A program made the translations under genes and the position numbers. From assembly GCF_963506605.1 (NCBI RefSeq), contig NC_083286.1:44020001-44084000 (forward strand): a stretch of 64,000 bases of DNA. Direction: 5' to 3'. A model generated the notes under the pieces. The model saw only the letters and a list, made by a program, of their open reading frames with translations. It did no database searches and had not been told where the DNA came from. Source of the DNA: Zootoca vivipara. Lineage: Eukaryota. Below, piece by piece: positions 26,573 through 40,739 of this stretch; position 1 is the first letter of the stretch; each line of letters begins with the position of its first letter.

Positions 26573-26864
26573 TATTACCTTTTTTAAAAAAAATAATACA
26601 TTGATCCCAAGGCCTTGAATGTCTTCTTTTCTTTCCCTTTCACCCAGTGAGCTTAAGAATACAATATTGGTAAGGAAATCCAATGTGAAACAGTTTTCTA
26701 TGCAATTGTATCGATATCTGATATTCTCGAAGGCATTATTGTGACGATGTACAGATAATGAATATCCCTTTTAACATTTCTGCGTTATGTATTACAAGGA
26801 TGCTCCTTCAAGATAAGTTATCTTCTTCTGACATAGGCTCAGATTCCTTTGTTGCCCTAGCTGA

Positions 26865-27176
<312 letters not shown>

Positions 27177-28501
27177 TAAATCTTGGGGGGAAAGAGTTTT
27201 CACAGAATCTGTTCAGACAATAAAAAGAGAGAGAAATGATAGATAATTGCCTGGTTCACGTGTAACACTAATCCATGGTCTGTTGACCAAACCATGAGCT
27301 AACCACAAGTAGACCGTGGTTTATTTCTCCAAAGTTTGGCTTATTTTCTAGCTGCTGTCACCTCCCATGTTTGTAGCTTGGGGAACTGCTGAGGTGAAAT
27401 AGCCAAACAAACTATGGTTAAGAAAATTTGCAGCAAGCCATAGTTAAAACAAACTAAGGTTCATAAGCCAATGACAAATCATGGCTTCAGATCATGGCTT
27501 GTTGACAGAAAACAAAATATAGTTAAACCAGTGGGTATGGTTTCGATGATCAAACAGCCGTAGCTGAATAAACCATGGCTAAAAGTTATGTGCAAACCAA
27601 GAAGATAAAGCGACTGAGAATATTCTGGGGCAGGAAGAATAATACTGTCTGTGAGAATTTCTTTGTGTTGATAATCAAGTATTGTACATTACAAATGATT
27701 ATTAAACCCACGCTGTGACACTTAAGAAGAAGTTCTTGAACTTCATGTGCAGCTTCCTACTGAAACTCCCTGTGTGATTTGATCCTGTTGTCCTGTCATA
27801 TACCACTGTGTGACAAACAGCGTATTGTCTGCGGGGTGGGGATTGAGGCAACAGTGTATAAGTATCAGGAAAATGTCATTTCCTTCCTTAAGAATGTCAC
27901 ACTCTGTAGATTAGAAGGAGCAAAACAGCCACCAACAATTATACCTGCAATTTATTTTGCTTCGGTGCCAGGTATACAGTAGAAAATACTTATAAACAGA
28001 GGGAATAAATGTGGGCAAAACACCAGCTTTAAAGAATAAAGTGCATAATGCATTGCAAGGAGATTCTGCAGGGTGGGGATTGAGGCAACAGATATTGTTC
28101 GATCAACAAGGCTGCAGGAAATTCAATGAGGGGATGAGCTGAAAATAGGAAGGTAATATAAAACTTTCTGTTAACAAAAGGCTCCGTTGATCTAAATGGG
28201 GAGGGAACAGAAGAACCTAAAGCAGTAGGCATTTTGATCAGCAGTAGATGAAACCTGATCATAGTATCTTCATTGGGAGAGGGATGAAGTAATGAGGGTT
28301 TGTAAAGACAGAGGGTTGATGTAGAATTGTCAATGGCAGGTAGTTGAGTTGGATGTTGGCATTCCAAGTAAATATCTGAAAAAAGGAGAAGATGCTAGAG
28401 CTGAATCAAGCTTGGAGACCAGTTTCATGCTTTGTTATATTACATTTAGACTGCTGCATTGTTCTCCACAGAGCCCGCCACCCCGTGAAGAGTGTCTAGA
28501 T

Positions 28502-28720
28502 CCATGGTTCCCAACGTGGGGCACACGCCCCACAGGGGGGGGGCAATTCGATTTTTAAGAGGGGAAATTTGATAATGAGTTAGATCAAGTTAATGACCTT
28601 TTAGGCTTCCTCCTAAAAGGAGTTCACTTTTTGAATAATAAGAATTATATGTCATGGGGGGAATCAGGATTTTAGAGATGCTTAGGTGGGGCATGGCCAA
28701 AAAAAGGTTGGGCACCACTG
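28502..28720. mobile_element. hAT (Charlie-like) MITE
   Basis: Ends ccatggttcccaac / gttgggcaccactg; TSD gtctagat / gtttagat. Confidence 0.8.
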
Positions 28721-31654
28721 GTTTAGATGCTTCATTTGGTACAAAATGCAGCTGCCAGACTGCTAGGCAGCCTCAGGATTATATTCCTCCAATATTGAAA
28801 GATTGTGCTAGTTGCCAATGTTTCCCAGACTCCGTTTGAGATGTTAGTTTAGGATACTGCTACTGTAAGACATCCTCTTGATGGTGTGCATGAGAGGACG
28901 TCCTCCTGTGTGCCTCACAGATTGTGGAATATCCTCCCTTCAGAGCTATCTTTGGTCCCCGCCCTCTCTGTTTTAGAAAAGTTAACAAGACACGTTCTTA
29001 TTGGGCCTTTTAAATGTTTTTAGTGGTGTTGCTGTTTGAAACGTTTTCTATTGCTTGCAATGTTTATATTATGTTTTTTGTTTTTGATTTGATACTTTTC
29101 AGAAATGTGATTTTTCTATAAACTATAGTACACATGATTTTTGGCTTGAGAAAATCATGGATTTTAGAATGCTAGTATTGGGTGATTCTTTAAATTTTAA
29201 TACTCACCAGCTGTTACTTAAAAGATTACAACTTGACAATATAGATATGAGTTCATAGTGTAGTGGAAGAGAAAATGTAAATTTGTAGAAACATTTATTT
29301 AGAGTAAACTGTATTAAATACTGGCTTTCCCGTCTTTGTATGGAAGCTGAATTAATACCCATATGTTCAAACTCAGGTAGCATTTAACAATTGCATTTTT
29401 TTTTTGTACAAGAGCAAGTAAACCATTAAATTAGATTTTTCGTTGACCCGTTTCACTCACATAAACAAAGGAAACACTGAATTAAATGGTTATTTATTTT
29501 TCTTTGTTGTGAATAAGTATTCCCCCTCCACCCCAGAATTTTGAAAATCCTGTAATATTTAGATTTCCACAAGTCAACCCTTGGTGGCCACTTGTTGATG
29601 GAAGCTCATCATATATAAATTAAAACAAATGGCAATCATTAGGCAATTAAGATTTATGTTTGAAATCACCCCTATGCTTTTTGAAGGTCTTTGAGTGCCA
29701 GGAGTTCGTATTAGGTTTCTCGTACATTCTCTCTGCAATATCTGGCACTGAGAAATGGAAGACTCTTGCTATTAAGATCTGATAGGGCAGACTACCTCTA
29801 CCATGCCCATAGATTGCAAATCCAGAATTACATAATGCAAACTCTGCCTGCAGAAGATGTCCTTTTATTTGTGTGTATTTTGGCTGGGTTATCTTAAGAC
29901 ATTATCTATTTCAAGTCTCTTGGGCTCTACCGTTCAGATAGAAAAACTAAATATTAAAAGTTTAAATGATAGACAGAAGCCATCACCTGTTTCTTTGGCT
30001 CTAGTACTACTCTTTTTGTTTCACCCTGTGTCCCTTGCGGGGCTGAAAACTGAATGCACTGAATGATGCTGAATGAGTATCATGCAAGCCTCTGATAAGG
30101 ATTATTCTCTTTTGCTTGCAAAGAGGATAAATGGCTGTTTCAAAGACTATGTTTCTTCGCTTCCTGTTCTGTCACCACATTTCTGCATGTTAAAAATAGG
30201 CTTATTTTCCTGTAAACATTTATTTGACTAAAGGAGGATATAAAATCATCAGGCGAATTATCAGTATTTCTATGATAAAAGGGTGCTGGGATTCTTTTAT
30301 AGCTGGATCCATTTTTCTTGGTCTTGAAATCCAGATAATTTCAAAACGTACTAAGGAAGAGCGCTGCTGTTATTTTTCTGGTCTTGTTTCTGTCATTATT
30401 TTTTAGCGTTTGTATTTCATGCCGCATAATAGATTTCGACTTTGACAGATACTTGAGCAAAACTGATAGTAATAATCACTTTGGTGCCACCTGCTTTAGG
30501 GAAATAATCCATCAGATCCATTTAGTATTCAACTTATGTAGGCTAGCTTGCATGATGCAAATGTTAGAATTGCTGAACAGCTGCAACCAACAAAAATCCA
30601 CCTACCCAAGATTTTGATGGCTGTTTTCGGGACCCTTTGGTAGCAGGTGGCCCTAACAGAGGTCTTCTCTTCCCAACCTCCGATATTTCAGTGATTTAAA
30701 ATCATTGAACAGTCTGCTTGAACTTTTCGAAATTAGATGGTTTCAAATAGTTTGCAGAATGGACAAAAAGGCTGGAAGCTGTTCGGAATTGGCAGGAGAC
30801 GAAAGCAGATTAAAGGACAATGGCTGACAACTCAAATGGCCGCTGGACTAGAGCATGCTGAACAAAGGCGTTGTGGGCCACAGAAACATGCCTGTACACA
30901 CACACACACAACATGCAGAGTGCTCAGCCCTTTTCCACCAACATTCCTCCATACCGTCTCCCTTCCCCTAGTTTTTCAGATTCTTTTCATAGTCAGCTCT
31001 GAACAGCCAGAATTCTTGGCAGACTCATGATAGCCTTAGTTCATTGGAATGAGCAAGTGACTTCTGCTATGCTTGTGGTATTCTTGTAGAAGATCATTGG
31101 TTCTTTTTTCATCCCAAATATTCCCTGTATATTTGTTGCAATTCTCCAAATAACACTCCCAAAATATGGTACATTTAATACAAATAAAATACACATGCCA
31201 TGTATAAATACAGTTTGTTTTTCTCCTGGATTCCACTGGCTCTGGAGATGACAAATGACACAATCCTTTTCCCCCACCCCATTTCCTTTGTCATGGGAAT
31301 TTACCTGTAAAATGTCCTTTCAGCTTGAGTTATGCAGCTTGAGTCTCACAGTATTGCACAGGAAAATGCGCAGTAAACTCATTGCGAAGACAGCAGATTT
31401 TTCATAGCAAAATTAAATCAGTTTTGTGGGAAAGATGTTAGATGGGGAATCTAACTTTGCAGGCATCTTTTTGTGTCTGTGCTCGAACCTGTGGTGCCTT
31501 TTACTGAGATATTCCTAATGAAAGAAGCCCAAGGTTGCAATCCTGCCAATCTATGTGTGCACAGCCTGTTCTAGTACACATTACAAACGTTTAAAAACCA
31601 TGTTTCAGACTGCTGAGATTGGAGATGTTTGTGACAAGGATGGCCTATCATCTC

Positions 31655-31798
31655 AACCTGATAGCTCAGTTGGTAGAGCATGAGACTCATAATCTTAGGG
31701 TTGTGTGTTCGAACCCCACATTGGGGGAAAGAGTCCTGCATTGCAAGGGGTTGGACTAGATGACTCTTCTGGTCCCTTCAGCTCTATAATTCTATGAT
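31655..31798 (+). mobile_element. tRNA-Lys(CTT)-headed SINE with CR1 tail
   Basis: atagctcagttggtagagcatgagactcataatcttagggttgtgtgttcgaaccccacattggg aligns to tRNA-Lys-CTT; same CR1 tail. Confidence 0.88.
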
Positions 31799-31929
31799 GT
31801 TGGCCCAAGAAAAAGTCAGGGGAGAGCAATACAAAGTGAATAAGAGTTTAGAACCAATTTTCCGCTCTTATAGGGGGGGGAGCAATTGGGGGTATATCTT
31901 TGGTCATTTATCTATAATGGAAAGTTTAT

Positions 31930-32147
31930 TATTCTTATTCTTATTATATTCCACCTTTCCTCCAAGGAGCTCAAGGTGGCATACATGGCTCTCCCTGTTC
32001 CCGATTTTATTCTCACAACAACCCTGTAAGGTAGGTTACACTGAGAGGCAGTGACAGGCCCAAGGTCACAAAGTTAGCTACGTGGTTGAGTGTGGATTTG
32101 AACCATGGTCTTGGTCCAGTCCTCTAACCACTACACCACGCTGTCTC
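31930..32147 (-). mobile_element. Squam3-like (L2-tail) SINE, decayed
   Basis: ttctcacaacaaccctgtaaggtaggt...cccaaggtcac...ctctaaccactacaccac. Confidence 0.7.
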
Positions 32148-33297
32148 AAAGTTCCCCCGAAATCAGTTAGATTACCTACTGAAAACTTGGTAGCCCAGTC
32201 TGTGAGCTCTCTATATAATTCTCTGATGTACTGCTGAATATTTACATACAAATCATCATGCTTTAGCAAAATCTGTCCTGAAACTCTCCAGCCAGAAAAG
32301 AAATAGAAGAACTGAGTGCTCAGATATCAAACATTTGCTAAGACTGGAACCAGGGGTTCTGTGTACAGACCAGGAGTAGCTAACATGGTGCCTTTCAGAT
32401 GTTGCTGCACTATAAACCTTATTCTTCCCAATGATCAGGGATGATGGGAGTTGTAGTCCCATACTTCTGGAGGGTCCCAGGTCGAAGAAGTCTGGAATTA
32501 ACTGGTATCTGAGGCAACCTGAACATTGATAGTGCAATACTGAGAAATAAAGGAGCGCTTAAGAGTCCTTCATCTCTAACCCATACATAGCATGCCTATC
32601 ATTTGATTGCTCTATGCTAGAGAACTGTATACTTCATGATTCACAACTGCATACTGTATGTGGAACAATGAGAGTCAAGGTACTGGAAAGAAAACATTTG
32701 TGATAACATTGATGAAGGCTTGATCCATTTGTGCAGGTCATCACCATGCAATCATCAAGCGATAAACATGTGTGTGTTTACCAGCCCTCTGTGGGTTCCC
32801 TGCTGTCATTTGACAGGCTGAGAGATTGGTGGCAAATCTTGTGTTTCCCCTACCCCTTTCCGCTCAGTGTGCATGCACATGTAAAGCAACACTGTGATCC
32901 ATATCGTTGGGTTCACTGAAGTGTTCATTTGTTTTTTTTTCCCACTTCTGTATTTCAAAGCATTAGTTTGATTCTTGGTGTGCTTTGCTAGCTCTTGTTG
33001 ACTGCTGAGAGCACATAGTTAATATTTCCGGTAGAAGTGTTCCTTGGATAACACCTTTAGCCTGTGCCTTCTGTCCTACAAAGCGGAATCGAAGCTTTCC
33101 GATGCTATTGAAGCTGCCTGATGAAACAAAATATAATATTGCATGATCAATATTTGTGGCAGTTTAAGGGGTGGGAAACATAACAAAAGAAATCTGCTGA
33201 AAGCTTAGTAGAAAAAGTACAGTGTGTAAAAAATGATCTCTATGATAGTCTAAAGATTTTTACCCGGGAAGTGTTTTGATGCGTCTATTTTTATTTT

Positions 33298-33303
<6 letters not shown>

Positions 33304-33350
<47 letters not shown>
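33304..33350. repeat. (TG)n microsatellite
   Basis: Direct reading. Confidence 0.95.
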
Positions 33351-33354
<4 letters not shown>

Positions 33355-35582
33355 ACACAGTGAGCAAAGTAACATGACCCATTTCTGGAGGTCATGTCCC
33401 ATTGACGTCATTAGGAAGAGTGAATCAGATGTTTGATGTTGTCTGGACCAAACCTTATGCTAATTCTGAGACACTTGCATGAGATGTTGTAAAATAATAA
33501 CAGTTATTGGTGGGATTTGCCCATTGATGTGTAATGGACAAAATCTGGGTGACCGTAAAACACCCAGAAACAAAGGAAGCCCTAAAGTCTTTCCGCCAGT
33601 GGGAAGTTTGACCATTGAGCCACATGACAATGTCAGTGGGAAGCAATCTGTTACTTAAGTACGGCTGCATAATACTTTATAATTAACATGAAATGCAAGG
33701 AGAGAATACAAGGAAGGTGAGAAAGTGAAAGGCAAATGAGTTTGTTGTGTCAGCTTAGTTATGATAAATTACCTGAGGCAGTTTCCCTTATGCAAAAGCC
33801 CTACTGTAAGGAGAGTGTCTCATTAATAAGTAGGAGAAAGTGACAAGATGAGTTATAGTGGAGCAATCCACACTTAATATGGTACACACGTGTGATTATA
33901 AAGAATGCTATCAAATATCCCTAGAAGAGAAAAAGTTGCTTTAAAGACATATACTATCTTAAACCAACTCTTGAAAGCATGTAGGACGAATATTCATAAC
34001 GGAAAATACATCTGTGACTGTATACAAAGACTCACTCATTGCCAATAGTATCTTCCATTAAAGCAGGAGCCTTAGGTAGGCTTAGAATCAAATCACGGTG
34101 ACTAATTTCTTCTAACATAGCAGGATCCATATAGGAGGTGATTGGAGTGAGTTATAGTTGTACAGAATGGAAAACAGGTAAAATGGGCGAAGGCTGCAGC
34201 AAGAAAGTGCTGTCAACAAATCAGCCGCAATAATCTAGCTAGCACCAATCACACAAAATGCCTTCTCATGCTAGTGGTCTGTTTCCATTAGCAGTGTGAT
34301 GTCGGAGCAACTTAATTCACACTAGATTGCCCTTTCTTTTCCACGTACCAGAAAATCACAAGTCTCAATTTTCCAGTTCACAGAAGAAGAGCTGAGATCT
34401 ATTGTGAGTTAGTCACCGTAGTGTTTACAGTATTCCCACAAGGTGGCAATCATTTGTAAGAGTGAGCTTGAAGTAGAATATCTGAAGTCACTCGTTTTAC
34501 AAGTCTGCCATTCCCTATGTTGGTTTGGGGGCTGAGCGATGTCTGATTCTCAACGTCATGATAAGCCAGCTAAATGTCCTGGGCAACAGCTACTACTAAA
34601 ACTGACACATTTTTACTTTACTTTTAACTCATCATTACAACTGTTATTTCATAGTACAAAGCCACAAGGGCTGCAGGAATCACGATGACCCGCTTCGCAT
34701 CCCCGTCCCCTGTCCCCCGTCCCCCATTTTTACTTGGCACAAGGACACATCATGATTCACGATATATCGTCAGGTTGAATATTGTGAAGCCATTACCACA
34801 ATGTGGACTTCAAACCAATTTTTGTTTATGTATATTGATGCATTGTCCTCTAGCATTGCTAGGTGATGTTAGTCTGCAATGCTAGAGGACAAAGCTTAGA
34901 AACACAGGAACCTACTTCATACCTAATCTTTCCAATGGTCCATGTAGCTCAGTGTCTCCACACAAAACGGCAATAGTCTTCTGAAAAGGTTCCCAGCCCT
35001 ACCTGGAGATTTGGGGGATTGGAGCTCAGACATTGTTAAGATTTTAATATAAGTGGGTTTAGATCCGAGGCCATTGCTTTGCATAGCTCTGTATTTAAAG
35101 AACATAGAGAGTCACATTTAAATGGCATAACTATACCATTTGGCCAATAACAGTCCTCCTCCAATCAGTTCTTCATATAAAATGATTTTACTGATTCAGC
35201 CTAAGAAATAGCTGAAATTATAGTACATGCCACTCTGGGTGAAATAATGTGAGTAATCAAAACCATTTCATGGTGTGGCTGGGGCATGATCAATGTCAAG
35301 AAACCTCAGTATGATTTTAAAAGTTTGGGTTTTTTAGTCATTTGGGTTTAATGGGTGTTCTCTTTCAGTGCTATTTAGATACAGTTATTTAGCTTGTGCC
35401 TTGGGATTCTTAATTGTACCATCTGTTGAACAGTAAGGAAAATAAGAAGGTTGCTTGTATTTATTTACCTTGGTGATTGCTAGTAGTAGTAGTAGTAGCA
35501 AAAGCTTTCCCCCCCTCAAAAGTTTTTGAGCTATTTTAAAAGAATGTTTTTAGAAATTTCACCAAAAAACCAAAACTTCTAA

Positions 35583-35711
35583 TAAGAGCTGCCATACACC
35601 CAGATTTTCCTGCACATTTTAACCAATTTCTGAAAATTCCACCTGGGCGGTATTTTCAGCAGATGAATCCCGGATATGTCCTGGAAATTCCGGACATATG
35701 CCGGCCCTATG
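35583..35711. mobile_element. Decayed hAT MITE (tagggctgcc-type TIR)
   Basis: taagagctgccatac...cggacatatgccggccctatg. Confidence 0.55.
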
Positions 35712-38700
35712 TTTAGCGCAGGAGGGGTCATTTTCTTTAAATTGTGGGATATTTGTCAAGTATAGCCAAAACACCTTCTACTTGGTTTGATTAACAGCTT
35801 GTTCATGACTGACTGAATGTGAAATGAGGTATGTTTTCCCCCACCCCACTAGATGACTTCATGCCATCCGATACACAGACATATCAGGCAAACAGTTAGG
35901 CTATCACAGAAAGGCGTGGTTCTCACATAACACTAAACTATGGCTTAGCATTATGCACAAACCCATCACAGCAGCTTTACTATAGCTTATATAATAACTA
36001 TGGCCAAAAACCACTTGTCGACCAAGGTTTATAGCTGCTTTATAAAGCTTAGTTAATGTGAACTATAGTTTAGCATTATGTGCAAATCCAGACCTACTCC
36101 TTAACCATGGTGAAGGACTGTCACTGCCCCGAAGCTTCAAAGCTGCGAGTGAAGAATGGCAAAAGAATTAAACTGCTCTAAGGCTCAGCTGCTCTCATTG
36201 GTACTATTAACTATTCTGTGATGAGAACCAAGGTTTAAGTGCTTATCTTCCAAGTGTCTCGGTTTAACTGTGGTTTATTAACGATGGTCGACATTTTAGT
36301 TAGCCATGGTTTAGCATTATGTGTGAACCTATACCATGCGCTCCAAGTACTCCCCCCCCCAAAAAAAAATTAACCTTCACTTCCCATCCCTTCCCTTAGC
36401 AAAAGGGGTTCATCTTACTTGGTTTATTTTCTGCCAAGAAGGCTATACACATACTTAGAGCTATCAAGCTAATAATAATTGTAACTGTTTGTTAAAGGTG
36501 GTATGATGGCCTCACTGCCTTTTTCCCCTCAACAAAGAAATGCAGTTATTTTTAACATTCTGAGCAGTCTTCTGCTTGCCATGTTTGTCTGCTCATTTCC
36601 TCATCCAGGACCCCTTACTAATTACCTTCCCAGAATTTTTATAATACCATTTAACTTCTGCTCAGTAATTAAACATTTCATCTCAATAACCAGTTTATAC
36701 AATGTCTTACTATTGTTCATTTCAGTTACAATGATTGAGAAATTAATTAAGTTTGAGTGAATTTTTTGAAGAAGATTCATGTTCTTGGTTTGTTCCCATG
36801 GAGTCAGAGTCTTGCTTTATTTTTTAAAAAAATATAGAACACAATGATCATAACTTAATTTACTTTGATGTAATAATAATTGGAGGAAAAACCTCACACT
36901 GAAATTCCATGGAAGCGGGGCAATGTCTTCAGATATTATCCTCATCAGCTCTCCCACCTTCCATAATGGCCTACCTGGGGCCATTCAACAAAGCTCAAAA
37001 TCAGGGTTTGGCCTCTTTTTGGGTAGCCTTGAAAGAGGATCAGACTTTTTTTTTTTTTTTTGAAAAATAAGACTATCATTTGCTGTTATTCATTGTAGCT
37101 AGGTACAGGCCTTTGAGCACCAGTTGCTAGGGATCACAAATGGAAGAGTGCTGTTGTGCTCATGTCTTGCTTGCAGGATTTTTATAGATATCTGGTGGGC
37201 CACTGTGGGAACAGGATTTTGGACTAGATAGACCCAACAGGGTCCCATACAGTCTTGTAACCCATAACCTGGCAAATAGATGTTGTAGGTACTATTCCGA
37301 TACACCCACCATTTAACAACTTTGGTGCCGAGAGCCTTATGGAAAAGTGCTTAACTGGATTATCTCCAATGAAGAGTTGGCTGATTAAGAAAATGGAGCC
37401 ACAGTTTAACATTCAATTCTCTTCAAGTAGGAACACCTGCAAATTATGTGTAGCCAACACATAAAATCAAAGCATCCCACTTAGGCCCAACTCTGTACAG
37501 ATCTCCTTACTCCTGAATTGGGAGAAAAATTGAACATATATAACATCAAATAAACCTAGCAATTAAGGGTTTTGGGGTTGTTGTTGTTGTTTTACCAAAC
37601 AGCATACGAATTTGATGCTTACCAGGTAAGCAAACGAGGGTTTGTGTCATTCAGTAATCAGGGTGAACATACTGGGTTTCAAATGCTGTTCATTACATTA
37701 GCAGGGAACATTGCATTGCATTGCTAGCTAGCTCCTGGCCATAACAGGGCTGGTGATAGCTTGAGCAGCCGCAACCTCACAAACAAGAATGTACAAGCTT
37801 GCCATCAAATCAAACTGGTCTTCCAAAAGAAGACAACAACAAGTAGGTGAGCCATTTACAGTGTAATCCTGTAGATGCCAACTCAGAAGTGCATTCCATT
37901 GAGTCCAGCGGGACTGCTCCTGTATAGGATATAATTGAATATAAATATAATTTTATTTATATCCAGTTACTCACAAGCATGGACAAGCAGTGAGTGTGAA
38001 CTTGCAAACACCACCTCACAAACATCCATGCTGGATAAGGTGCGGGGAGGATCAAAAATCAGTCCCACCAGTCTGCAAAACATATCCGCAAAGAAGTAAA
38101 GAAGAGGAAATTGGAAAAGTAGCGAATTGTGAGAAAAAGAGAGAAAGAGACTTTGCTTGGTAGGGGACTTACTCAAAGTCTCTTCCTCTCTTTTTCTCAC
38201 AACTCGCTGCTTTGCCAATTTCCTCTTCACCTAATGTAGATTAAATTGCCTATTTGTGTCCATTAGGCAAATAGGCAACTCCCACAAAAGGAAAACAAGT
38301 GAGGCTTCTTCCCTAATGTTAGGGCCCAACCCACTGCCATCTGTACACCTTATCTCCTGAGAGGGCCTAGTATCCCCTATAATCTGACTTCGTGAGACAT
38401 ATACTAGAGCATTTGCACAGCAACAACAGCACCTGGCCTCACATCTGATGCTAATCATGTGTGACATGTCCTACTTTCAGTGCAGGATATTATCTTCATT
38501 CCCCACCTAACTGATACCTGGGGTAAGTGTTCACCTCTTAAACAGAACAATAGGGATATTAATTGGGCATTAAAATATCTGACTTGTTAGCCAGTTGAAG
38601 GCCATATACGGAGCTCTCACTGGGAGCTGGTTAAAGTCCTAACTATTCTCCCCAGTGAACAGGATGCGGGTTGTAAATTCTGTGAACACTAGACTTGTTA

Positions 38701-38982
38701 AAGCACAAATTAGCCAGTGCGATGCAGCTGCATATGTAGGGCATATACACCCAAGAATGCATTCACATTTTTATCCTGTATCTTCCAAGAGCAGGGAAAA
38801 AGTAGAGTTATGATCTTTAAAAAGTGTTCTGCAAAAACGCATTGACTGAAGTCTGGAAAACTCCTCCTAAATCCTGCTGTTAACATACCTTGGTATTAAG
38901 TAATGAAAGCACCATCATCGTGAACCAGGGAAGCAACTACAGTCATTAGCCATCAATACATTCAGGTCATATTGGCAGGATG

Positions 38983-39072
38983 CATAGCTGCCAAGTTCTC
39001 CCTTTTTTTAAGGGAAATTCCCTTATGCTGAATAGGCTTCCTCGCAAGAAAAGGGAAGACTTGGCAGCTATG
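38983..39072. mobile_element. 90-bp hAT MITE
   Basis: catagctgccaag TIRs; perfect TSD gcaggatg. Confidence 0.93.
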
Positions 39073-39349
39073 GCAGGATGTGACCTGGACTTATTGATGT
39101 GATTGTGTAGCCCCTTTGTTGTTGACTTGTCTCTGTGAACCTAGTGATCCATTTAAAGTAGAAGTGGCAAACCTGTGGCTTTCCATATGTTGTTGGAGTC
39201 CAACTCCCTTCAACCCTAGTCTTCAGCAGATTTTTTTTGGGGGGGGGGGACATAACCAATTGTTCTTTTAAAACCACCAAAAACAATAAAAGCTTATTGG
39301 GAGATTCAGGTCATATGTAGCACTTCTGAACAACGGATAGTATGGTAAA

Positions 39350-39351
<2 letters not shown>

Positions 39352-39391
<40 letters not shown>
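39352..39391. repeat. (TG)n microsatellite
   Basis: Direct reading. Confidence 0.95.
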
Positions 39392-39393
<2 letters not shown>

Positions 39394-39489
39394 TCATGCA
39401 CACACTCACAATGGAACTTCCACCCCTCTCCTCTCCCCCCAGAACAGATTTAGGGAGGACTGCAAGGTAGGAGGGGGGTGGGTTCCATT

Positions 39490-39579
39490 CATAGCTGCCA
39501 AGTTTTCCCTTTTCTCGCGAGGAAGCCTATTCAGCATAAGGGAAAATCCCTTAAAAAAAGGGATAACTTGGCAGCTATG
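39490..39579. mobile_element. 90-bp hAT MITE, inverted relative to the 38983 copy
   Basis: catagctgccaag TIRs; perfect TSD gttccatt. Confidence 0.93.
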
Positions 39580-40739
39580 GTTCCATTGCTCAAGTGGAAA
39601 TTGTTGCACTGATGGAACAAGTTAGCTAGATAGTGCCCTTAGTTTTCCTAGCAATTTACCCAAAAGACTTTGAACAGATAGCTGAAACTGGTGTCATTAA
39701 ATCTCAGGTTAATGTTTGAGGCTGATCAAAAGATTTTTAGGTTGGCCAACAAAGTAGTAAATGAGGTATAATACCTACAAATGTCTTTTGAGACCTGGCT
39801 CCGGCAAGTCGAATCGCTAGGTTCCAAGCTTTGTTACCTTTATTGTTTATCTTTCACCTAAGAATGTGGGTCGAAGGCTATTCAGTTGCAAAGCAGAGTG
39901 CAGTCAAAGAAACAAGCAACAGAGGAGGATTTGAACAGGTGACAGAAGATCACAGATCAATCCACAGGGGACTGGCTATCCGACTCATGCAAAGGATAAG
40001 GAAAAGAAATGGGTCAAAGCTAGGATTGGAACTTGTTAAAGTGTATTAATTCAAATCTCTTAGGTCAGTAATCTGCCAAGAGGCAGAAATGTGGATAAGA
40101 GTACAAAAGGCATGGCTTAAGCAGAAGCAATTAATTGGACTGTCATGTACTAGAATGCTACCAGTGCAGCTGAAAAAAGGCGTACATTGCCTTGTAAAGG
40201 TCAAATGCTGGGGAACCAAGCAGGGAAAGAAAAGTTACAAACACTAACTCTGTGGTCAAAGCTTGAATGTCATGGTGATTAGACCAGACACTACCTCCAC
40301 CAACAGATACAGGCTTTTCCTGGTCCTGTCCTATATGTTCTCATGCTGTGGTTCACCTGCTCAGTAGACTAATTGAATAATTTTCTTCAACATACCATGT
40401 GTTTGAAGTGTTCACATGTGTTGAAATATCAATTAATTGTTAGTTTAAGCAGGTATAACCAAACTATGAACTTTGGGGTGGCATTTTGCTCGACATTTTC
40501 TACCTGGGTATTGATACTGAGATATAAAAGACATGCGCACACCAATACGGGACACTTAAACAGAAGCAAGAAGGAACAGGTAGAAGGAGCCAGGCATGAG
40601 TAGCTGGGTTCCAGCAGCAAGATGATTTTGACTAAAATTAGCTGGGTTGTTAAATGGGTAGGGTAATGTGCGCTACAACCAGTGACAAGGTCTGAAGTAC
40701 CTGGGATAGTTCCTTGCAGGGGATCTGTGAATAAGAGTG

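Noticed and set aside
31655-31728. Bona fide tRNA genes (also 20310-20384 and 42882-42953)
   Set aside because: Broken stems and fusion to CR1 tails identify them as SINE heads.
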